DNA from: Mobula hypostoma
Taxonomy: Eukaryota
Assembly (NCBI RefSeq): GCF_963921235.1
Contig: NC_086118.1
Span: 14,758,001 to 14,822,000 of the forward strand
Reading direction: 5' to 3'
DNA: 64,000 nt
Shown: positions 39,236-52,007 of the stretch, piece after piece
Layout: the number at the start of each line of letters is the position of its first letter
Numbering within the stretch: position 1 is the first letter of the stretch
The notes under the pieces: generated by a model
Databases searched by the model: none
What the model was told of the DNA's origin: nothing
Seen by the model: only the letters and a program-made list of their open reading frames with translations
Translations under genes and position numbers: made by a program

Positions 39236-40104
39236 AATAGAAAGCAGAAAACTTTCATTTGTGACTGAGCCTTTCATTGATAACTAACAGACTACAGCTA
39301 GTAGAACCCAGAATTCCCAGGGATGGCCACTTGGGCTTATCTCTCTCAGTGCCTGAAAACCCAAATGTAAAAATAGGTTTAGATATGTTTAGTACCGTGT
39401 GCTCACGGGCTTGCTTATTCTCAATTATGCAGAGGTGGTCTGCTCAAGACTGGGCTGAAATATATAAACAGGAAAGTAATATCTCATTGTTAACAATCAT
39501 TTGAAAACGTTTTAATAGTGTTAACAGTAGGCAAACAGAAAATCTGAACCATTCCCATGGTAACAATAACTCCACCTCAAGTGACTGTCCTGGTCCAGTG
39601 GTAGCTACCTTGCCTCTGTATTAGATGACTATGGGTTCGAAGCTCTCTCAATAACCAACACTGATGTTTCAAAATACCTCGGGCCTGCTGCACTCTGAGG
39701 ATGCTCCTCTCAAACTGCTATACTGCAGGCCTGTCTGCAGACAGATATAATCTCTTGATGCAAGACATGTGCGCTCCTGGTGTTCTGGTCAATATTTATC
39801 ATTAAGTAAACAAATTATGCTAATACACTAGCTGATATTAACATCCCACAGCGAGGACTAAATGCAAGTTGATTGAAGTTTATTTTATCACCGAGCAGCG
39901 TAGCCCTGAAACATTAATAGGAAGCATTTATCATAATGTCAACAATATACGCGGAGCCAAGCACATCCATCAGGATCCAGCAAATAAAGATAAAAGGATG
40001 CACTTTGTTGCTGGAATTTCAGAAAATCAGCTTTAACTGTAATAAATAAGAAGGGACTTTGCCCAAGCTTCAGCTTCCACGTAAAACCCAAGTATAAGGA
40101 GAAG

Positions 40105-40890
40105 TATGGAGTCACATGCTGAAATCTGGGTTAAAAAATAACCTGATGGGTGAACTCAGGTAGCATCTGAAAGGCAAAGGGATGATTGATATTTCACTCA
40201 ATGCTGAGTGTAGAGGAAGATAGTCCATACAGAGAAGAGAGAGAGAGAGGTGAAACAGATGCTGGTAGGTAAAAGAAAAAAAGATAAGAAAATAAAAATG
40301 AGGTAAATAGAGTCAGGTGGGGGAAGGGGGATACGGGAGGTGAACTACGGGAGATTGGTAAGTGGGCGATGGGCAGGTAGATCCAGAAAGGGAGGGAGTT
40401 AGAAAAGGTGAACAAAGGGAGAGAGAAAACACATGTGAACTGGTGGAAGTTAAAAAGGAATACAGGGTGAGGCCACATTGAGGCCACAGCCATCCTGGGA
40501 CCTTGAGGCCTTGTCAGGTGAGGCAGAGATTCACAGACATCTCCAACGTGATCAATTGCATTAAGTGCTCTGACATGGCCTCTGAGGTAGCCCACTCCCC
40601 GGGTTCCTTTTCCTTTCTCAACAGCCCACGCAGGTTTTCTTTCCCTTTCTTCACTTTCACCATACTTCCGCCCTCTCTTTACTTTGACTCATCATTCTCC
40701 TCTCCTTGGCTCCAACTGCCTGTCATCCTTCCCATATCTAGTCGTGCCCGTCGCCTACCAGCCTTTGCCTCAGACTTTCCTCTCACAAGGGCTGAGTGGC
40801 TCTCTTCCCTCTGCACCCTCACTCACGATACCACATCTCAAACTGACCAAACCTTTCCATCCACAGATGCTGCTTATCCTGCTCTGTTAC
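40105..40890. mobile_element. Penelope-like element remnant with inverted arrangement and a GIY-YIG-adjacent fragment
   Basis: 40503 ORF begins QVRQRFTDISNVINCIKCS, as in the Cys-motif linker before the PLE GIY-YIG domain. A purine-rich arm (40105-40480) is mirrored by a pyrimidine-rich arm (40600-40890). Confidence 0.6.
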
Positions 40891-40892
40891 AT

Positions 40893-41187
40893 AATGTACT
40901 GGTTGGGCACAGGAGTACATTCAGCCAGAGACTCGTTCCACCGAGATGCAGCACTGAGCGTCATAGGAAGTCATTCCTGCCTGTGGCCATCAAACTTTAC
41001 AACTCCTCCCTTGGAGGGTCAGACATCCTGAGCCAATAGGCTAGTCCTGGACTTATTTCATAATTTACTGGCATAAATTACATATTACTATTTAACTATT
41101 TATGGTTCTATTACTATTTATTATTTATGGAGCAACTGTAACGAAAACCAATTTCCCCCGGGATTAATAAAGTATGACTATGACTAT
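40893..41187 (+). mobile_element. Young Rex1-type LINE 3' end
   Basis: STFSQRLVPPRCSTERHRKSFLPVAIKLYNSS, then aataaag and a (TATGAC)n tail. Confidence 0.8.
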
Positions 41188-41777
41188 TCTTCCAACAATT
41201 TTTTTTCTTCTATGAGGGTAAGATTTTTTGCCCTACACTTCTCATCCTCGGTAATCTTTCACTTGCAGTTACAAAAAATTCTATTGTTTTGTGAGAAACA
41301 TCCAGAACAGTTTCATTCATCGGGATGGCCTGCAAGAATCAACCAAACATACTTCAAAAGAAATGTGTTACTATGCTAGGGCTGTGTCAACTGTTAAACC
41401 ACTTTTTGTGTCTGGAAGATATTTTAATATCTTAATATTGGATATATCATTTACAATCCTAGTCACAAATACTGGTGCCTATTTCACATTCAGAGCAGAA
41501 CAATTGTTGACATTTAGCCCACTTGGATCATAAAGTCAGTCATAAATGACCTAACTGATTATCAATAATCTTTCCAAGGCTGGGTTAGATAGAGGAGATA
41601 ACCCACATCCTCCCTCATTGCAAAAATTGCTTCAAGAAGCCGTGGATAAAAAAAATGACTTGTTATTTCCGAGTGATTTGATATGCAGTGATAACACAAG
41701 AGAACCTCATCAGTCGCCTGTGAATCTAAGGAACAGAAAATTTGCAGTTCTTATCTTTCATCCTTCACGCTCCATAA

Positions 41778-42598
41778 TGTAATGCCCTGGTTAAGATTTA
41801 TACTGCTATGCTGTAGATTTCATTTCAGCAGTTTTCTGCAAAAGCAGTGTGTCCTGCTGGTAGAATGTTTCGGCTTAGAGATAAGAGCCCTGCTGTTCCA
41901 CTTGGAATGTTCTGTCCGCCAATCAGGATGGTGGAATTGGGAGAAAGTTCTGGAGTGTCTTGGTGATGGACAGTGTGGTTCATGGGCCTTTTGAGCAGGA
42001 GCTGCGGAAAGGACAGGAGGCAAGACGGCTGAGAACGGCGTGGAAAGGAGAGTGCCCTTTGCACGGTGCTTTGTGCAGATCAGTGGTTCGAAGAAGGGCC
42101 AAATGTCCCAAGAGAGAGCCTGTTTGCTTGAGATGGATTTCGAGTGAAGTTTGGAATGTGGTGTATACCAAGGGTCCAGCAGGTGAGAAAAAAAAGACAA
42201 CTCTAGGATGAGCTCCAACTTTATGTACACATTTGGAGTAGTTTAAGTGCAATGGGCCCTTTTATTTTTCTCTTTTCCCTTCCCTACCAACTATTCCATA
42301 AAGCTACAATTTGTAAATATACTCCCATTATAATTTTATGCAGTATACAATCTGTTATTTTATGCTGACTGTCAATTGCGTATGGGCAACACTTACACAG
42401 CATTCAGTCAAATCAAGGTTTCTATCGTCGGAATATCATGGCGTTCCTCTTTGGTTGAGCCCCAAATCATACTGACCATAGACGTATATTGTTTATGAAA
42501 GGTGGTCTTCTAACTGCTGTGTCTCGTGGCTGTTAGTCAGCTGACAAATGAACCAAGTTTGCACATGACCCCAGTGAGGAGCTACAAAAAGGATTACA
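41778..42598 (+). mobile_element. Possible solo LTR
   Basis: Starts tgtaatgc; candidate end ggattaca (7/8 inverted match). LTR-like composition, but no clean TSD was found. Confidence 0.4.
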
Positions 42599-42708
42599 TT
42601 CCATTTAAAATTTGTCACTGCGCATACTTGATTGATACTGATGGAGATTATCAGGAAGCGTTGACAAGATTTTTGTTTAGAGTGAAATACATCAGCAGCA
42701 CATACTCC

Positions 42709-42989
42709 CAGGGGTGCAGTGCTAGCCGGAGTGCACCAGAGCGCGTCCGGCACCTTTAAGAAAGAATCCGAAATAAACAAGTTAATTAATTAGGTGCCAC
42801 CCAGGATGATTTGAGTAATCCCAGAAACTGCTGATCTCCTGGGATTTTTACGCACAACAGACTGTGGAGTTGACAAAGAATGGTGCCAAAAGCAAAAAAA
42901 AATTCTGCGAGTGGATTTCACAAGACGTTTTCGCTCACAGAACAGCTTAAAGATGTGCCGGACGCGCACCGGCTAGCACTGCACCACTG
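42709..42989. mobile_element. hAT-type MITE (281 bp) with ~45-bp TIRs, carrying a Tc1 transposase fragment
   Basis: TIRs caggggtgcagtgctagccgg...gcgcgtccggcac..tttaag and the reverse complement. TSD catactcc / catattcc. Confidence 0.85.
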
Positions 42990-44240
42990 CATATTCCCCC
43001 TCTAGAGGGAGCAGCACCAACAGTCCAGACCACAAGGGGTATACATGTGGACAAGTTAAAAAGTTAGATTTCTTGCCACTGTATCAGAGCCCACTGAAAT
43101 GTCAACTTGCAACAGTTTGTCTGAAATTACAATGCTGAATTTGTACTAGGTTGGAGGTTTTTTCTTTTCATGTACTCATTTACTTTTAGTGTTCTCTAAT
43201 GAGTTAATCATTTTTAAAATACAGTATCTACTTTCATATTTTTTGCAATCACATTTAATGATATGCCTTTGATCGTTCGTGAGCCCAGGGTGTAATTTAT
43301 CTGCAATGAAGGCAGCTCTGGCATCTTTGGCAGGAGAGTTCTCTACTTCCCTGATCCTTGCTGATAAGGTAGTAGCTGATAAAGGAGCCGCATGTGTGGG
43401 TGGCTAGCCCACTATCATAATGGGATGGATGGAACTAACTTTTAGACTAGGAGCAGCCTACATTGTTCATTTAAGATATATTGACTGAAACCCCGGCCAA
43501 GTCATAAACACTATGGGTTTGTTGACTAATTTTCATGGCTTTGGTTCAAGAAAAGTCCTTGTTTACTCTTATGACTCACCAGAGGTCAGATATTCCATCT
43601 ATTTTAAATCTCTCTCTCAAATGTTTCTTCAAAATACCATTTTTCTGTAAAAGTACTCACAATCTAGCATCATTTCACAGGAGATATGACTTTTTTATCG
43701 TGCGCAGGTCTCATGAGCCTGAATTGAGGCTAGCACATTGAGGAACATCAGCCTTGATATTGCAAGTGAAGAGGTTCGCCCAGAGTCACAGCACACAAAG
43801 CATTCAAATGCAGCCACATTAGGAAGCTCACATGATCCCCAACTAGCAAATCTCTCTGGCAATGAGACTATTTAAAAGCTTCCAATTTTGTCACTGTACC
43901 TTTACTCTCCAATGTAAAACTGGAAGATTGAACTAAGTAAACTTCACAAATAGCTCCACCACCAGAATAACAACTTTCATTCTGTGCACTTTTCTAACAG
44001 ACATCACCCCTTCCTGCTACATTATATAGTTTGTCACAACAATCCATTTATTTACTCCGTTCTCTTTATATTGAAGACACTTTTCTGAAACTCCAGGAGG
44101 CAGCATATCGGCCCTGCATAAGACAAAAGATTCTAGCAATAAAAAACCAAAGGATAACATCACAAGGGATTCTATAGCTAAGACCAACCACCACAGCCAA
44201 AACGCTTAATTTCAATGTCCCAAACACTGCCATACCCTAC

Positions 44241-44364
44241 CTGCTTGTGTCGATTTCCGCCTGGCTTTCTTGATGTCCTCTTCTGTTTTATAAGTAGACT
44301 TATTCTCCAGTTGTTGAGTCTTAAACTCCAGGTCTTTCTGTCTCTCCGCCAAAGCTTTTCGAGC
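44241..44364 (-). CDS. GAS7: GAS7 internal coding exon (124 nt; ARKALAERQKDLEFKTQQLENKSTYKTEEDIKKARRKSTQA(G))
   Basis: Acceptor tcacag|GCT and donor GCAG|gtaggg, phase 0-1. Absent from the ORF track; found by reading the minus strand. Confidence 0.92.
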
Positions 44365-45825
44365 CTGTGAGAAATGCAAGTTCAGTTAGACCAGATCCAA
44401 AGAAGTTTTCCTTCCCTTGGGATCTACCAGAACAGCAGCAAAGGACACTGTGAACATGGGATATTGAGGTACTTACACATGCCCAAGAGAGAAGTTTTTG
44501 AAGGGGCATTAAATGGAAGTAACAGAGGAATGGCAGCTCCAGAGTAAAGACACAAATTGCCTGAAATGTTCTCGGGCCTGGTGACGGATTGTGCTGGGTG
44601 GATGGTACAAGACAACAGGAAGGATTATGAAGATTGTAAAAATTGCCTAACTAAAAGACTAAAAAACTTCCACATCAGATCTTGAGACCCTTCCTTTAGC
44701 AGAAGATTGGTATAAGTTAAATGGCTGCAATAGTCACGTTAACGGCAGAATTGAGGATTTATCTGGAAGCTGCTAGTGTGATCGCAGTCTCATGCATGGA
44801 CACAGCATCACTGAACTGAATTAGTAGCTTCAAATTAATGAACTCATTCATCCTAATATTACAAGGACCAGACTGCGTTGTTTGGATGGCCACATTGAGT
44901 TAAAATGGAAGAGCTTTTTCACAGGTTTTAAGTACAGACTGCAAAGAATCAGGAGGCAAGCATTCATTTTATCTTCTCACAATATCAAAATAATGTGATA
45001 CAAATTCAGTTTGAAACTAGTGATGATCAATAAAGTTTCAAGGCTTCAGCTTGTGTACTGGACAAATGCAAGTGTGGCAAATAGGTGGCATTATAATGCC
45101 AAGATTAACAGAGGCTACACTTCCAGGAAATGTGAGAGGCTGGGGAGGCCAATAAATATGATAAAGCAACAGGTTTATAGAGAAGAGAGAACAGAAAACA
45201 TTGTGCATATCTCTAAAACTATTTAGTTATGCTGTGCAGTGCAAGTTCAGCATCATAAGAGTTTCATGATCAGTAATGAAATTGAAACATAATCATTTTG
45301 ACTTACAATTGCTTTTGATTCTCACCCTATTTACCTCATCCAGCATAGGTTTTGCACTCCACACCAAAGGACCAAGAGGTTATTTAACATTCAAAGAACT
45401 GCTGAATTTCTGGTCCTTTGGTGCTTGGGACCCTCCAACAAAATCTTGCAGGATGTTTAAAGACAACAGTGATCAGCATTTGAAAGGATAGCACATGATC
45501 AACAATTGGCTGCAAGTATATAACCATCTTCTACATGTAGATGAGCTAATGCAATGATCCATGCGCAGACAGAGAAACGACATCTGTAAATTTTAACACT
45601 TACTGGCCACAACTGAGTCATATGGGATTTCCTGTGCCTTTCAGGGAATTCATACAATACCACATTACAATCAGTGAGGCGTATAATATCACACCACAAT
45701 TCTCCAGAAATTGAGACTATTGACTTGTCTCAACTGCAACAACTGTTTAAAAATGACAAACTTAAGTCAAATGAAAAGAAAAAGAGTAAATCAATTGTTA
45801 TGCCTCCACAAGCAAGGTAAAAGAT

Positions 45826-47281
45826 ATAGAAACATAGAAACATAGAAAATAGGTGCAGGAGTAGGCCATTCGGCCCTTCGAGCCTGCACCGCCATTTATT
45901 ATGATCATGGCTGATCATCCAACTCAGAACCCAGCCTTCCCTCCATACCCCGTGACCCCTGTAGCCACAAGGGCCATATCTAACTTCCTTTTAAACATAG
46001 CTAATGAACTGGCCTCAACAGTTTGCTGTGGCAGAGAATTCCACAGATTCACCACTCTCTGTGTGAAGAAGTTTTTCCTAACCTCGGTCCTAAAAGGCTT
46101 CCCCTCTATCCTCAAACTGTGACCCCTCGTTCTAGACCTCCCCAACATCGGGAACAATCTTCCCGCATCTAGCCTGTCCAATCCCTTTAGGATCTTATAC
46201 GTTTCAATCAGATCCCCCCTCAATCTTCTAAATTCCAACGAGTACAAGCCCAGTTCATCCAGTCTTTCTTCATATGAAAGACCTGCCATCCCAGGAATCA
46301 ATCTGGTGAACCTTCTTTGTACTCCCTCTATGGCAAGGATGTCTTTCCTCAGATTAGGGGACCAAAACTGCACACAATACTCCAGGTGTGGTCTCACCAA
46401 GGCCTTGTACAACTGCAGTAGTACCTCCCTGCTCCTGTACTCGAATCCTCTCGCTATAAATGCCAGCATACCGTTCGCCTTTTTCACCGCCTGCTGTACC
46501 TGCATGCCCACTTTCAATGACTGGTGTATAATGACACCCAGGTCTCGTTGCACCTCCCCTTTTCCTAATCGGCCACCATTCAGATAATAATCTGTTTTCC
46601 TATTTTTGCCACCAAAGTGGATAACTTCACATTTATCCACATTAAATTGCACCTGCCATGAGTTTGCCCACTCACCCAACCTATCCAAGTCACCCTGCAT
46701 CCTCTTAGCATCCTCCTCACTGCTAACACTGCCACCCAGCTTCGTGTCATCCGCAAACTTGGAGATGCTGCATTTAATTCCCTCATCCAAGTCATTAATA
46801 TATATTGTAAACAACTGGGGTCCCAGCACTGAGCCTTGCGGTACCCCACTAGTCACCGCCTGCCATTCTGAAAAGGTCCCGTTTATTCCCACTCTTTGCT
46901 TCCTGTCTGCTAACCAATTCTCCACCCACACCAATACCTTACCCCCAATACCATGTGCTTTAAGTTTGCACACTAATCTCCTGTGTGGGACCTTGTCAAA
47001 AGCCTTTTGAAAATCCAAATATACCACATCCACTGGTTCTCCCCTATCCACTCTACTAGTTACATCCTCAAAAAATTCTATGAGATTCGTCAGACATGAT
47101 TTTCCTTTCACAAATCCATGCTGACTTTGTCCGATCATTTCACCGCTTTCCAAATGTGCTGTTATCACATCCTTGATAACTGACTCCAGCAGTTTCCCCA
47201 CCACCGACGTTAGGCTAACCGGCCTATAATTCCCCGGTTTCTCTCTCCCTCCTTTTTTAAAAAGTGGGGTTACATTAGCCC
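45826..47281 (-). mobile_element. Young 5'-truncated CR1 with an intact RT frame (ORF 45924-47285), same family as 2388-6043
   Basis: The 453-aa open frame is nearly identical to the product of ~4580-5942, with the same tail. Confidence 0.95.
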
Positions 47282-47354
47282 ACATATAAGATGTATTGTC
47301 ATCACATCAGGGAAATAATTTGAGTGTGGGCAGAGTATTAAAGCATAAAGACAT

Positions 47355-49720
47355 TTTGAGTTCAAAGTAAATTCATTATCAAAGATATATATGTCACCAT
47401 ATACAACCAGGATTAATTTTCTTGCAGCATACTCAATAAATCTGTAATAGAATCAATGAAAAGCTGCACCAACTTGGGCATTCAACTAATGTGTAAAAAG
47501 ACAACAAACAGAAACAAATAATAATAATAATAAATAAGTAACAAATATCGAGAACATGAGATGAGATAAAGAGTACTTGAAAGTGAATCTATAGGTTGAC
47601 GGAACAGTTCAGTGATAGGGCAAGCGAAGCTGAGTGAAGTTATTCCCTTTGGTTCAAGAGCCTGATGGTTGAGGGGTCATAACTGTCCCTGAACCTGGTG
47701 GTGTGAGTCCTGGGGCTCCTGTATTATCCTCCTAAAGGCAGCTGCAAGAAGAGAGCATGACATGTGTGGTGGAGGTCCCTGATGATGGATGCTGCTTTCC
47801 TGCAACAACGTTCTGTGTAGATATGATCAGTGGCGAGGAAAGCTTTACCTGTGATGCACTCGGCCCCTATCCACTACTTTTTGGAGGAACTGCTGTTCAA
47901 GGGCATCAGTGATTCCATACCAAACTGTGATGCAGCCAGTCAATCTACTCTTCATCACACATCTATAAAGCTTCTCAAAGTTTTAGATATCATGCCGAAA
48001 CTTTGCAAACTCCTAAGGAAATAGAGGCACTGCCATGCTTTCTTCATAATTGTACTTACGTGCTGGGCCCAGGAATGGCCCTCCAAAATGATAACACCAT
48101 GGAATTTAAAGCTGCTGACCCTCTTCACCTCTGATGAGACTGGCTCATGAACCTATGGTTCCTTCCTCCTGAAGTCAATAATCAGTTCCTTAGTCTTGCT
48201 AACATTGAGTAAGAGGTTGTTGTGGCACCACTCAGCTAGATTTTTAATCTCTCCTACATGCAGATTCATCATCACCTTTGATTCGGTCTACAACTGTGGT
48301 GTCCTCAGCAAATTTGAATATAGCATCAGAGCTGTGCTTAGCTACACAGTCATAAGTGTAACGGGAGTAGAGCAGGGGGCTAAGCACACAGCCTTGTGAT
48401 GTGCCTGTGCTGGTGGAGATCGTGGAGGAAGTGTTGTTGCCAATCTGAACTGACTGGGGTCTGCAAGTGAGGAAATCGAGGCTCCAATTGCACATGAAGG
48501 AATTGAGGCCAATGTCTAGAAGGTTATTGATTAATTTTGAGGGGACGATGTTACTGAATGCTGAACTGTAGTCGATAAAGAGCATCCTGATGTAAGGATC
48601 TTTGCTGTCCAGATGTTCCAGGGTTCACTGAAAAGCCAATGAGATGGCATCTGCTTCGAAACTGTAGCGCCGGTAGACAAATCGGAGCAGCTCCAAGTCG
48701 TTTCTCAAGCGGGAGTTGATATGTTGCATCGCCAGCCTCTCAAAACACTTCATCGCAGTGAATATAATTGCTACTAGACAATAGTGATTGAGGCACGTTA
48801 CCATGTTCTTCCTGGGCACCGGTATAATTAAAGCCTGCTTGAAGTAGCTGGGTACCTCAGACTGCCAAAGTGAGAGGTTAAAGATCTCGGTGAACACTTC
48901 AGAAAGTTGGCCAGGTACCCCATCTGGTCTGGATGCTTTACGTGGGTTTGCCCTCCTGAAGGATGTTCACGTCACCCTCAGAGACTGACATCACAGTTTC
49001 ATTGGGGGCTGCGGGAGTCCATGATAGTTCATGGCTGATGATCAAAGCAACCATAGAAGGCATTGATCTCTTCTGGAAGCAAAGCCCTTTGTCACTTATG
49101 TCACTTCATCTTACCTTTTAAGAGGTGATAGTATTCAAGCCCTGCCACAACTGACAAGCATCCTTTGTTGATTCAAGTTTAGTCTGGAATTGCCACTTCG
49201 CCCATCAGATGACTTTCTGGAGATCATACCTGAACTTGTTATAACTTTCTTGGGAACCAGACTTGAATGTCTCTGATCTTGCCCTCAGATTGGAGATCTC
49301 ATGGTTCATTCAGGGCTTCTGGTTGGAGAAGACGCTGAATGATTTTGAAGTGGCTCACTCATCTACAATTGTTTTCAAAACAGTGACAACAAATTCATTC
49401 ATTCAGATCCCCAGATGAGTCTTTGAACATGGCCTGGTCTGCCAACTCAAAGTAATCCTGCAGCTGTTTTTCTGCCTCCTGTGACCACCTCTTTGTTGTC
49501 ACAATCTCTGGAGCTTTGCTCTTTAGCCTCTGCCCGTATGCAGGTAGGAGAGGGCCAGCCAAGTGATCAGATTTCCAAAATGCGATCTAGGCATGGAACG
49601 GTAAGCATTCCTTACTTTAGTATAACAGTGGTCCAGTGTGTTGGGACCTCTGGTGCTACAGGTTATATGCTGATGGTAATTGGGCAGTGATTTCTTCAAA
49701 TAAGCCTAACTGAAGTCCCC
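47355..49720 (-). mobile_element. Rex1/Babar-type LINE, decayed, including the 3' UTR
   Basis: [48 protein letters not shown]. Confidence 0.85.
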
Positions 49721-49819
49721 GACTATGATAAAATTCTAAATAAAAGTGTCCTTTATATACATACATACATGGATAAATTGAATGAATTGCAAATACAGTA
49801 CAAATTAAATACAGGAATG

Positions 49820-49955
49820 CAAACAACAGGAATTCTGCAGATGCTGGAAATTCAAGCAACATACATCAAAGTTGCTGGTGAACGCAGCAGGCCAGGCAGC
49901 ATCTATAGGAAGAGGCGCAGTCGACGTTTCAGGCCGAGACCCTTCATCAGGACTC
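49820..49955 (-). mobile_element. ~136-bp Penelope-derived mini-element beginning with a minimal hammerhead ribozyme
   Basis: Perfect 13-bp direct repeat aaatacaggaatg at 49807-49819 and 49956-49968. Near-identical to 28863-28994. Confidence 0.85.
49919..49954 (-). ncRNA. Minimal type I hammerhead ribozyme motif
   Basis: Minus strand: AGUC CUGAUGA AGG-gucucgg-CCU GAAA CGUC GACU. Confidence 0.8.
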
Positions 49956-51379
49956 AAATACAGGAATGACTCACTTCATTTTTGCTTCTGAAAGGTCAGG
50001 ATTAGTAAGTGAGCATACCACATATAGACACCCACAACCTATGGACTCACTTTCAAGGGCACTTCATCTCATGTTCTCGATAGTTATCGCTTATTTATTT
50101 ATTTATTACTTTTTTTTCTTTTTGTATTTGCAGAGTTTGTTGTCTTATGCACAATAGTTACTTGTCCATCTTGGTGTACAGTTCTTTTAATTATTTCTAC
50201 TGAGTTTCTTTGTACTTACAGCGAATGCCTGCAAAAAATAAATCTCAGGATATTTTACAGTGACATATATGCACTTTGATAATAAATTTACTTTGAACTT
50301 TTGAACATTATTATGACTGCAAAACAAGGTGGAGAAATTGATTGAGATAAACAAGATAGCAATTACAGATAAATTTGAGTCAACAACAGGAGAGGTTATC
50401 AAGGATTTGAGACTCATATGGAAGAAGTATAATAGGTTACAGTTGGGAAATTGTAGAAAGTGTGAAGCCAAGGATTAACCAAATGTGTTTAAGGGAGAAC
50501 GGTTTTCAGTGGTGATAAAAAGAAAATCCACTTCTATCAAGATTGGGATGAAGCCAAATCAGAAACACAAAATTTCGAGACAGCTCGGAGAGCTTTCTGC
50601 AAGAGTAGACCAGAATTTGTTGGAAAAATCTTTAGTTCCACAACAAGCAGTAAATATTATGAAGTTCAGGATTCTAGAGCAAGTGCAAAAGTCCTGGCCA
50701 TTGAAGCTTTGCTAACTGTATTCCAAGGCATCCAATAGCTTATCACAATTCCTCAGTATTTGTGCTAAAGAACCTGCCCTGGATTAGAACTATTACAGGA
50801 AGAGTAACCTCCTCTATTGCGGCTGAGAGGAATAGATGCTAGTACAAGACATTTATATATTTTTAAATTATTTACTTAAACTTTCTATTTAGTTTTTATA
50901 ATTTCATAAATATTTTCCTGTTTGATTTTCAATGGCTATAGAACAGTGTTGAATGTCAGGGTATTAGAAACATTAAACTCGTGAATGATAGACAGCTGAC
51001 AAAAGTGGAACTGATACTTGTCTAGCTGTTCATCAGCTGATTTGCCAGGATTAGTGGTGTTAGCCCACACTGGAGGGTTTGGACAAAGCAAATTTGGACT
51101 TGAATCACAGGTCAGCTGTCGGTGTGGGATATCTCATCACTAGCAGCAAGATCTGACCAAAAGTCCTGAACCATCTTAATGATGAGGCAGATTTAAGTAA
51201 CAACTTATTAGTGACCTTGAGAAAGAACAAATCACACTGGCTTCGTTTGACATATCTTAGTAGTGCACTTGATTTATATCTATGCATATAATTAAAACAT
51301 TAAGTTATAATTTTTCATCATATACCAAATTTAAAATTAATTACTTGTGTTTTAATACATTTTTAAAAACTCAAAGTGA

Positions 51380-52007
51380 CTAACCATCCTCCATCCTAGT
51401 CAAAAAGGTGCAACAGCGCCTTTATTTCCTGCGGAGCATCAAGAAAGCTCAACTCCGTCCCAGGATACTGACGGACTTTTACTGCTGTACCATTGAGAGC
51501 ATACTCACCAACTGCATCTCAGTGTGGCATGGCAATTGTCCCATATCGGACCGCAAAGCACTCCAGCGTGTGGTGAAAATTGCCCAGCGAATTATCGGCA
51601 CCCAACTGCTCACTATTGAGAACATCTACCACAAATGCTGCCTGGGCAGGGCAAAAAGCATCATCAAGGATGCATCTCACCCTAACCATGGACTTTTTAC
51701 TCTCCTCCCATCCGGTAGGCGCTACAGGAGCCTTCACTCCCGTACCAGCAGGCATAGGAAGAGCTTCTTCCCTGAGGCTGTGACTCTGCTGAACCTCACT
51801 TCACAGCGCTAAGTAGTATTGCACCCATATTGTACTGTCTCAGTACTTTTATATTTGTGTGCTGTAGCACTTACTTTTTATTCACAGTTATTTTGTAAAT
51901 AACACTATTCTTTGCATTTCTGGTCAGATGCTAACTGCATTTCATTGGCTTTGTATCCATACCTGGCACAATGACAATAATGTTGAATCTAATCTAATCT
52001 AATCTAA
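51380..52007 (+). mobile_element. Young Rex1/Babar LINE 3' end
   Basis: [13 protein letters not shown]...TDFYCCTIESILT...LLPSGRRYRS. (AATCT)n tail. Confidence 0.9.
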
